64,000 bases of DNA from the human T2T-CHM13v2.0 reference genome, Homo sapiens. Below are positions 52,451 to 64,000 of the stretch, piece after piece. The stretch lies in assembly GCF_009914755.1 (NCBI RefSeq), contig NC_060926.1. The stretch is one strand, 5' to 3'. Made by a program: the position numbers and the translations under genes. Below the pieces are notes generated by a model. The model did no database searches and was not told the origin of the DNA. It saw only the letters and a program-made list of their open reading frames with translations. Within the stretch, counting starts at the first letter, position 1, and the number at the start of each line of letters is the position of its first letter.

Positions 52451-52568
52451 CTGTCCACAGGTAGGTGCTATAGAGGGAGCTGTACAATAGAACAAACACC
52501 AAAATTTGTCCAACAAAATTTTTTTCTTTAACAAAATTCCATATCATCATTCCAGCACAGACAATAGA
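52451..52568 (-). CDS. GPR155: GPR155 exon 7, 118 bp (SIVCAGMMIWNFVKEKNFVGQILVFVLLYSSLYSTYLWT)
   Basis: ccttag| acceptor and |gtgagt donor; frame consistent. Confidence 0.95.
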
Positions 52569-53209
52569 CTAAGGAAAAAATTATTAAAAGACTTTGTAAA
52601 TAGCTAAGAAAACCATATAATTCAATACTGCAACAGAAAATTCCAATTAAGCCAGCCATATTCATCTTTCATTCACAGCAAATATAATTATTTGTTTAAA
52701 ATTTTTTGTGAATAATTATCAAGTATTACACACTACTTATACTAAAACTTCAAACTTTATGTTAAAAATCCATTTTATAACAGAGCCTTTGACAATATAC
52801 ATATCCAATTGAAACAGATGACTTCATTCTAAATATTAATTTTATACCTGTATTTAGTAATGGCTTACATTAAAATTGCTAAAGTTCTTTCCATTATAAT
52901 TTGAGACATGCAAAGATTAATTAGAAAAATGATTGTGAAAGAGTTCAATTATTAATGATTAAATTGTTTCTATTAAAAAATGCAAAGTTATCATCAAATG
53001 CCATTATTAGCCTCAACTTTAGATAGTTTAAGACATTTTGCAATATTAAATATGTTAGGCGTATAGTAGTTGTAATCAAACTGTAATTGACTGCATTTGG
53101 TAATACTTCTGACTTCATAACTAGAAAAACCTAGCAAAGTTATTTTCTCCTCTACAGTAGAATAATCCATTAGAAAAACATAGTTCTAAATATCAGTAGT
53201 TTTACTAAC

Positions 53210-53293
53210 CTGAGCAATGAGTAAATTAGTTGTAAGCATATGAGGAAGCTGTTTATATTTCTTACTCAAAAGAAGAATAGCCAGAGACCAGAT
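53210..53293 (-). CDS. GPR155: GPR155 exon 6, 84 bp (IWSLAILLLSKKYKQLPHMLTTNLLIAQ)
   Basis: ttcaag| acceptor and |gttagt donor; phase 0-0. Confidence 0.95.
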
Positions 53294-53518
53294 CTTGAAG
53301 ACAAAAGGTTCAAAAGTTATTCATGTTTCTTAATCTTTATAATTACTTATTAAATAACACAATGATTAGCCTCTTTAAATAACCCTCTTTGTCCTGGTTC
53401 GGAAAGAATTTCCAATATTTTATTTAATCTGTCTAGTTCCAAAAAGGTAAATTATTATAACCAATGTAAAATAACAAGCATGGAGAGATCCCATAATAAA
53501 TTAACTCTCCAAAAATTA

Positions 53519-53873
<355 letters not shown>

Positions 53874-53876
53874 CTA

Positions 53877-54104
<228 letters not shown>

Positions 54105-55576
54105 TCATACCACTGCACTCCAGCCTGGGCAACAGAGGGAGACTCTGTCTCAACAAAAAAGAACTAATCCCTTGACCAGGGCCATGTTCTAACTATGCCT
54201 ACCTTCCGTGTCTGGGGTGGGACACAGGGTCACAGACAACTATTCAGGGAAGGAGCTTTAGTGGGAGATAGTTATAATAATGCACTATTCTAAGTTTTTT
54301 TCCTTTTCTATTTCCAACATATTGTCTCATGGGGTATCTAAATGCCAGGCTGTTTTACTTCAAACAACACATACCACACACCTTTAAGATTAATCATCTT
54401 ACATTCTTCATTTTTTATTCTTTGTGTGTGTGTGAGACAGAGTCTCACTGAAGTGCAGTGGTGCGATCTCGGCTCACTGAAACCTCTGCCTCCCAGACTC
54501 AAGTGACTCTTGTGCCTCAGCCACCCAGGTAGCTGGGATTACAGATGCATACCACCATGCCTGACTAATTTTATATTTTTAGTAGAGATGGGGATTCTCC
54601 ATGTTGGCCAGGCTGGTCTCGAACTCCTGGCCTCAAGTGATCTGCCTGCCTCTGCCTCCCAAAGTGTTGGGATTACAGGCATGAGCCACGGTGCCAGATC
54701 ACATTCCTCATATTTTAAAGGATTGGGTTTCCATTCTACCTACGTAGTGGCCAGGTAAGTATCCTGGCGACTTCCTTCTTTCCTCATTGCCAACTGAAAT
54801 GTATATGGTCTCTTTCCCCAAACTGCCCTGTTATGAATGGGTGTAGTAGATTTTAAGAACATGTGACAGAGGTGGAATTTCTTTAAAATTAATCACACAT
54901 TTATCTGTTACCAATATACATATTCACCCCCACCTCCATTAACTGTACACATTGTCTTTTTTTTCAGCCAGAATATCTGTAGTTTTACTAACATGAATTC
55001 AATAGGCCATTTGATCTGTAAGATACTCTAGCTGTCATATACTTAATTATTTAATTTTAGTTAGATATATTCAGTTTGAGAAGTAACCAAAAGTTTCATT
55101 AACATTAAATAGGCGGTTGGACTTGAACTCAAAGATACCTTCTGACCCCATGATTCTAGAACAGCTAGGAATTCTATAGTGATTCATCATTTGCAGAATG
55201 CTTTTCACATATATTATTTCATGTAACCCCTTAAAAAACCCATGGAAATATGTGAAATTATTGTCATTATTTTATGCTGGAAAACAGAAATTTAGAGAGG
55301 TTAAGGTAACTCCACAGAGGCATACAGCTAGTTTGTGAGAGGGCCAGGAATAAAATCCAGGTCTGACTAAATCTCATGTCTTGTCTGCTATAGAACTCTA
55401 ACTCCCAAATAGAAAAACAAAACTCAGTTAATCAGAAGGCTGACATTATATTTTATGGGCAGGCTTTAGCTTTCTTTATTTCATAAGAAACTAGATTTTT
55501 AAATCCCTTCTGTTAACAGTCTATTCTCAAAACTCATTCTGTGGTTTCCATTCATTTTGGGATGCAACGTACTTAC

Positions 55577-55732
55577 CAAGGAGATCAGGCTGACAATACT
55601 TATATCAAAACTAACATTCTGGATGGCATATGCCAATGGCTTAGGGTCCATAGTGGGAAAGGTCAGTAACCAGGCAGAAACGTACATGATGGGAGCAGAC
55701 ACAAATGTGCTTATCACCATCCCTGAGGTTAT
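55577..55732 (-). CDS. GPR155: GPR155 exon 5, 156 bp (ITSGMVISTFVSAPIMYVSAWLLTFPTMDPKPLAYAIQNVSFDISIVSLISL)
   Basis: ttgcag| acceptor and |gtaagt donor; matches ORF 55499..55750. Confidence 0.96.
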
Positions 55733-56554
55733 CTGCAAAAATGAAATCAAACAGAGGAGTTACAATCTCAATTAAACAGTATTTTAAACTTTAAATAACC
55801 ACGGCACACTAAAGCATTCTAAAATAAAAATGAGACACAGTAAAGACATTATAAAATCCAGCATGTTATCCAATACCATACTTCCCCTTTCTGAGAATCC
55901 TTAATACAAAATACAATTGAGTTACCTTGGTTCCTCTTCTAATCTATGCTTAATTTATATTTACGCATAATAAATACTAGAAATTTACTGTTGATGGTTA
56001 GTTATCCTCTAAGTTCTAGAAAATAAACTGTAGCAATGATATAAATAAACCTGTTTCACAAACTATGTGGCAAAAAAGAAAAGGAATTCAAAAAAAGAAA
56101 ATTACCATGCAAATATTTATTTTACAGATTAAATAACAGAATTGACCTCCATTAAACAACTTAGTTCCTTTGTATTATATTTAAAAATCATTTACTCTGA
56201 TGCTGTAGATACCATTTACAATACATTTAGACACTGTTAATAATTTGGTGTCAATTGATTTTAGCTATCTGCTGCAGTTATTATGCAGTATTTTGCATCT
56301 GGTGCTTGAAATTATCAATGATAAAATAGGCATTTTTTTCTTCAAAATTTCAAAGTTACCTTTCTGTAAATAATTTTTAGGTTTCTGTCTAAGTACAGAA
56401 ATAAAATAGTTAAAACTAAAAAAACTGATTAAAAAAAGTCAGGGCTGACTAAAGACCCCAGATTAAATGACTGTTGTTACATTATGTTACATGATGCCTA
56501 TTTCTTATAATGAGATAGCTTATAGGCATCAAATTCTCATAAAAAACAATGCTG

Positions 56555-56796
56555 CTTGCTCTGTCACCCAGGCTGGAGTACAGTGGTGCAATCTTAACTC
56601 ACTGCAACCTCTGCCTCCTGGGTTCAAACAAATCTTGTGCCTCAGCCACCCAAGTAGCTGGGATTACAGGCAACTACCACCACACCCAGCTAATGTTTGT
56701 ATTTTTAGTAGAGACAGGGTTTCGCCATGTTGGCCAGGCTGGTCTCAAACTCCTGGCCTCAAGTGGTCTGCCCACCTCAGCCTCCCAAAGTGCTGG
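56555..56796 (-). mobile_element. Alu truncated at both ends, no poly(A) tail
   Basis: Runs CTTGCTCTGTCACCCAGG...CCCAAAGTGCTGG; flanked by 22-bp direct repeats. Confidence 0.85.
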
Positions 56797-57054
56797 ACCT
56801 CATAAAAAACAACATTGCTTTCTATGTTTAGAAATTAAAATGGGCTGGGCACGGTGGCTCATGCCTGTAATCCCAGCACTTTGGGAGGCCAAGGCAGAAG
56901 GCAGGAGTTTGAAACCAGCCTGGGGCAACATAGTGAGACCCCCGTCGTCTCTATTTTTTCATTTTTAAAAAAGAATTTTAAAAAATTTGAAATGAATTTA
57001 AAAATTTTTTTCTACTAAACACACCATCAAACTTAGAAAGTACTATATACATAC

Positions 57055-57220
57055 AATTTCTACTTCCATGTTGAATTGTGTTGCAAAGATAGCCACTCCT
57101 GGTGCTACAGGAAATACACCATACAGAAATGCATAATTTGATAAACTTGTATGGTTCACCACACTGTCGCCCTTGTCCAAGAGTTCCACCATTTCTCTGC
57201 ACAGAAGTGGCAGCACCAGA
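57055..57220 (-). CDS. GPR155: GPR155 exon 4, 166 bp (LVLPLLCREMVELLDKGDSVVNHTSLSNYAFLYGVFPVAPGVAIFATQFNMEVEI)
   Basis: cttcag| acceptor and |gtatgt donor; frame consistent with neighbouring exons. Confidence 0.96.
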
Positions 57221-58773
57221 CTGAAGAAAAAAGAAAAACATCATTTACCTGATATCAAAGCATGGTTGTCCCCAGTAGCAGGCTGCTCTGGTGAATTTGG
57301 CATCAGGTTCTCCTGCCCAGAAGGTATGTCTATTTGCATGCACATATTCTGTGCATGTCTACCTGGGCACATTTTGTTGAAAAAAATCAAGAATTCAACT
57401 TGGAGCCATTTAAAGTGTAACAATATTCTGGAAATACCTCACACATCAGGGATTAGGAGGGAAAAAAAGATGTTTTTGGTTCTACAAATAATTTTTGTTT
57501 TTTGCCAAAAGATGGTAAAAGTTGCAATTCTAGCTACTTTCTTGCTTCCTCTATCAGTTTACTGAAATGTTCAAAGAAAGAAAGAAGGTTGACAATCTGC
57601 ATAAAAACTTCTTTCAAGAGAATCACTAAACTCTTTTTCTTTCTTTCAAAGTATTCTAGAGAGACAGAAACTCCTGTTTTGAAAAAAAAAAAAAAAAGCT
57701 GAACTTTATCATGATTAGGGGTTGAAATGGTTCAGTTAATAACAACATTGCTTAATAAGATTCTAAAATCCTGCCGGCATGGTGGCTCAAGCCTGTAATC
57801 CCAGCACTTTGGGAGGCTGAGGCAGGCGGATCACGAGTTCAGGTCAGGAGTTGAAGACCAGCCTGGCTAACATGGTGAAACCCCATCTCTACTAAAGATA
57901 CAAAAAATTAGCCGGGCATGATGGCACATGCCTGTAATCCCAGCTACTCAGGAGGCTGAGGCTGGAGAACTGCTTGAACCCAGGAGGTGGAGGTGCAGTG
58001 AGCTGAGATCATGCCAGCCATTGTACTCCAGCCTGGGTGACACAGCAAGACTCTGTCTCAAAAAAAAAAAAAAAAAAAAGATTCCAAAATCCTGTAGAAA
58101 AATAGGTATCTTCAAGTAGCTCTTCATCTTTGTAAAAAAAAAAAAAAAAAATTAGCAAAGGAACTAAAACAACTGAGATGGAGCAGAAAACTAGTGAAAT
58201 GCAGACCTGTTGAAGAGTCAATTATTAAACAAATTTTTCAGGATTTCATAGAATGAGCAAATCCACAGTAGTTGAGCAAATAGGGCTCTCCTTTAAAATC
58301 AGCAAGACCAAGATTGTTAACATTTTCACAGCAGCACCTAGCAAGGCCCTCTGGGATGGAGTAAAGAACTACTCTGATCTGTACTTTTTAAATTAAAAAA
58401 CTTAAATATCTAATTAAGTATCAAAGACCCCCCATCTTTAAAATTAGAATATTTAAATTCTACTTATAAGCAAAAGTTGATAATACCATTATTGTTTAAA
58501 CTATACTTATTACTTCCACAATACTAATACTTTGTTTCTGAAGAGCATAACATCGCCATAAATAATTTTCAGTACTTATATTCATTTTTATTATTATGAA
58601 AACAGTAGATTATGTTGTACTGGTCTCATGAATATAACTGTCTATACATGAGGGGAATTCCATAGTTAAGTATGCCTCAAGTACTTTGGGATAATCTTGC
58701 AGTAAAATTATGTCACCTGCACCATCATGTAGAACTCCATGGCTAATGGACCAAGTAAGCTGAAGAACTATCA

Positions 58774-59157
<384 letters not shown>

Positions 59158-59627
59158 TCATATTGACTTGGCTGTATTTAGAAAATTTGGCCAACCTCAG
59201 AACTACAAAATACTTTTCCCAAATTCATGAAAAAAAGTTTGCATTAGAAATTATTGTTCTGGTTATCACTAAGATGCTTTTGTCTTTAGGGTCTTTATGG
59301 ATTTGGAAAAGTCAGAAATGCTGCAAAATTTATTTGAAAATACTGTCAAACTGGGACATGAGGAGATACTGAGTAAACTTTATGTAAAAGCTGAAGGGAA
59401 ACCCATCATCTTTATCCTCTGACAGTAAGATGGAAAGAATAAGCTACTGGGAATAAGGAAATGACTTTCCACAATACACCATCACATTTTCCTTTATCTC
59501 ACAACTATTCTACAAGGAGGGGTTATTAATATTCAAAGGGGAAAATGGTTGCAGACATACCCCTGATGAATTGGCTAAATACGGCTTTCAAAAAGTACAA
59601 TTCTCAAGTTAAATAAGTGATGCTTAC

Positions 59628-60027
59628 AGTTTAGCTGTGATGAGAAGAATTAGTACTACAAATGCCGACTTCTTCAGTCTCTTTATTTTTCCCACCATCG
59701 TGAGACCAAGATAAAATAGGGCTGATCCAGAAAAAGAATTTCCAAGTCCATCAAGAAAATTTTCGACATATACAGGTACCTTTCGATCAAGAATAAAATT
59801 GAAGGCGATGCCAATGAAGACCATAAATACTATTGGGTTCTGTAATACACGCAGGAGTCCGAGTCCCACAATTTTTATTTTATTTTGAGAAGCATTTTGA
59901 GTGTCTTTCCACTTTTGGATTTCACAGAAAATAAACCCTATAGGGTTTAACATCATAAGAGATATTGGTGCCACCAAATAAATGTACTGGAGATATTCTG
60001 GGTATGTAGTTTGATATAAAGCTTCAA
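59628..60027 (-). CDS. GPR155: GPR155/LYCHOS coding exon (probably exon 3), 400 bp; PIN/AEC-like transporter domain (EALYQTTYPEYLQYIYLVAPISLMMLNPIG...LITAKL)
   Basis: Acceptor cag|TT and donor CT|gtaag on the - strand. Peptide is identical to human GPR155 as recalled and includes the NP motifs of auxin-efflux-carrier-like folds. Confidence 0.97.
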
Positions 60028-61676
60028 CTGCAAAACAAGAATATTGATTTTTAAATGATGACCACAGAAATACAGATATATGTTATGTATATAACATTTT
60101 CTGTACTTTATAGCAATGATAAATCTAAAATTTTCAAAATGACCCAAATAGCCTATTTTGGAAAAGTACATTTTAGTAATAAAGCTGAAAAAAGAAAAAC
60201 ATAATAAATATCATATAGCTTATAAAATGATAACCAAGTTTACACATTATTTTTAAACCTCACTAATTTTTACCATCTAAGGGTTAAAATTAGTCTCCAA
60301 AAATGAGCAGAATTGTAGAATTTTTAGAAGAAACAATTCAAAGTAAAAATCTAGGGACAAACTAAACATTTAAGTAGTAATAGCAAAAATGTGTTTATTG
60401 GTATCCATGGAAAGAACAGTTTTACTGGAGTGGTAAGAGACAGAAGTCAGATCACAGAGGGTTGAGGAGAGAGTAGGAGTTATTTCAGGAACTAAAAAGG
60501 AGCACGGATGTGGAATCCAAGCTGTGTAAGAAAAGAAATGAAGATGGGAGATGTTTGGAGGCCTCTAGGAATTAGGGACAGTTGGAAGTGCGGGAGTTCA
60601 GAGTAAAACAGCTAATGAGCTACTCAGTTAAATATTTTCCAGATGACAAGGTCCAGGATGTGGCTATGGGACTTAGTGGCTGAAATGGAGTAAAGGAAAA
60701 CATCACTGGAGAAGAGGAGGTCAAGGAAATGACAGGGCAGAGAATTTCATGGTAGTTCACAAGACAATGACAAAACTTGGGATAAAGGTAAATGAGAGGG
60801 AATGCCTAGAATGAGGTCAGCAGGTAACAGCAGAGAGGATCAGTGGTCTAGCCGGAAAGTATGAACCTCAAAGCAGTTTTTAACAGCAGAGCAGAGGGAT
60901 GGTCTAGCAATGGTCCACAGTAGCTGTGGGGATGCCAGTCCTACCTTCCACTGCTCATGTGGTGTGCTGGCAATGGGAAAATGAACAACCTCCATTTGAG
61001 AGGAATGAAAAGGAATGAATGCCTTCAAAGAAGACCAGTGGAGATACTTAAGGAGTAGAGATAGAAAGGTGGATCTTACAATGTTTGGGAGGGAAATACA
61101 GTAGAGTCACATCAATGCACATTTAGTTAACACAAATTCAACCATACCCTCTTGGGAAAACAAAAGCTTCATTTCCCCCCACCCCCCATAGCATGTTTCC
61201 AAGTGCAAACAAATTATTTCAACTGCTGTTCATTGAAGAACAATGCTAGCTAAAAAAATCTGGCTGTGTTAGACTTATGAAAAATGGTACAATATAGACA
61301 AAGTATGTGTGCTGTATTTGGTGGGCATTTTCAAGAGTTTGAATATACAAGATGACTTTAGGACTTAACCACTGCATAAGATGTGTTTTTTTAATCTCAT
61401 GAGGGAGGTGAGTGAGTGGGATCAGACTTCTAGCAGTTGCCTGGTAGACGTGAGGGTTGGTGACCTAGTCTTTAGTTTATTAGAGCAACTTAGGGCCTTT
61501 CAGTAAACAACTGGTCTCTAGCACATTTTTGACAATGGGTCCCGAAATTATACAATCTAATGCAAATAAAGGCTGATTTATAATTGATTTGAAGTTGAGA
61601 AAGATAAAAAAGAACAGCCACAGTCGTTCACAAGGAGAGAGGCAAACGTGAAAACATGTAAAAGATTAGGTTTCTC

Positions 61677-62005
<329 letters not shown>

Positions 62006-63046
62006 CTAAGATAAAATGATATAGGTAGGAAAATACACTTGTTTACTTACTCAGGATATGTAAGTTCAGTTAATGTCATGCACATGTCCCATTAAAGTTA
62101 TATAACTAGATTATGTAACCTTTAGAAGGTCACCTTTTTCATAAAAGCTAAAACCTATTTTTTTTTAACAGATTCAATCCCCATTTTCTCAGCTAAGTAA
62201 ATTCAAGATCTATAATATCTCCAAAATGAAGCAGTGGCTAAAAAATATTTGATTACATAAAACTTTATAAGTTCTTTCCACTGGTTTCCAAATTAGATAT
62301 GCTAGTTATATAAAGTTAGTGGTTTTCTTTCAGGTTTCATAAGGCTTCATCTTTTAAACAAAAAGCAGCACTTTTGATAACTATTTTTAGATAATTATAT
62401 TTCTGATTCTCTTGAGATATTTTATCTCAAGAGAAAGATGTTCATACCTGCCCACCAACTTTTATAATAGAGCAGATATTTTCGAAAAGTCTTATGTTTT
62501 CATCTGAGTATCAGAATTTTTCCTAACCAGCCACAACAATAAGATGCATAACATGTTTTCCTTTGACAACACAGCTATACAGTTCTGTGATCTACTCAAA
62601 GCCCCTTATATTAATGCCTTTTTCCAGAAATTTACTTTCCTGGCACACTAGCATTTAATCACTACCGCATAATGAACTTTACATTGTTTTAAGAACTCAG
62701 TGCAAATTTAAGCAACAGTTTTTATATTTGGCCATTCACCACATTCTTTCTTTCTTCTTTGGAAGGATGTTCTCCTCTTGATTGCTACTACAATTATTAG
62801 TCAAAAATCTCAAAATTAGATTACTTCATGTGTTTACCAACCAACATTCTCTTGGATTTTCTCAACCACCTTCTTCATCCATTTTATTCACAGCTAACAG
62901 TACCATCTAAATCTAAACTTTCAAAAGGTAAGATTTTCTCACGGTTCTCACTGCCCACAGAAACAGCTACAAAACCTTTCTTTTACCGGGCATGGTGGCT
63001 CATGCCTGTAATCCCAGCACTTTGGGAGGACAAGGCAGGCAGATCA

Positions 63047-63229
<183 letters not shown>

Positions 63230-63829
63230 TTACAGCCTGGGCAACAGAGTGAGACTCTGTCTCAAAAAACAAAAAACAAAACAAAAAAAAACCTTTCTTT
63301 TAACATCCACAGTCCAGTCTCCACAATTGGCCCCTTGCTTATCCACCCCATCCTTAATGCAAAGACTCCATCAGCCAGTTTAATAACAGTTAAACCAGAC
63401 AACTACCACATTCATAATTAGTAGTTCTTTATGCTGTTCATACCGTCACCCCCTAACTTCTTAATATCTCCTTTTTTTACCTAAATCTCACCTACTACTT
63501 AAGGCCTGTCTCTGGCACTACATTTCCCACCAAGTCTTCAACCTACATCATTAATCTCCCCTCCTCTGGTATTCTGTAGTACTTTGTTTCATACTAGTGC
63601 CACCTCAACAAATTCTAAGTTCCTTGAAAGCATCATTTTAATAGCCCTCAGTCCCTGGCATAATGCTTGAGAAAATCTGAAAATACTTGCTGAATGGTAC
63701 GAACACATCAATGAACATCAAAAGTTTCAGATGTAGTAAACATGTATTTTCTAATACGCAGCTCTTTACATCGAATTGTTGTCAATGAATCCATTTTTAT
63801 ATCCATTTTTAAACTTTATTTTTACTTTT

Positions 63830-64000
63830 AAAACTTTATTTTTAATTGACAAATATAAATTATATATATTTATAATGTACATAATGTTTTAAAATATGTA
63901 TACATTATGGAATGGCTAAATCAAGCTAATTAAAATATGCATAATCTCACATATTTATCATTTTTTCTGATGAGAACACAAAATCTATTCTCAGCAATTT
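63830..64000 (-). mobile_element. L1MA 3' end fragment
   Basis: TATACATTATGGAATGGCTAAATCAAGCTAATTAA...CTCACAT is the reverse of the L1MA 3' UTR. Confidence 0.7.

Noticed and set aside
57173-57565. 130-aa + strand ORF antisense to GPR155
   Set aside because: Non-ATG start, no recognisable domain, intron-like composition.

Overview
This window is human genomic DNA; the human-specific AluYa5 and AluYb8 copies support that assignment. I recognise it as the 2q31.1 locus where two genes converge tail-to-tail. On the + strand are the last three coding exons and 3' UTR of SCRN3 (secernin-3). On the - strand are 14 coding exons of GPR155/LYCHOS, the lysosomal cholesterol sensor (PIN-like transporter, GPCR-like, LED and DEP domains), plus its long 3' UTR. 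All exon boundaries were read by hand: they are GT-AG and keep frame across every junction. The rest is intron and intergenic sequence with about 50 Alus plus L1, L2, MIR, LTR and DNA-transposon remnants, and almost all ORFs in the supplied track are repeat artefacts. I see no new gene system. The most interesting signals are: (1) an L1PA 3' transduction carrying about 210 bp of foreign DNA between perfect 18-bp TSDs; (2) two local templated insertions, one into an LTR in the probable GPR155 3' UTR and one into an (AT)n tract; (3) a SCRN3 allele with an alternative C-terminus, one 13-bp unit shorter than the reference as I recall it; (4) GPR155 effector-domain exons tightly bracketed by inverted Alus; (5) a tail-less Alu with TSDs. 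Repeat subfamily calls, exon numbering and reference comparisons come from memory and need database confirmation.
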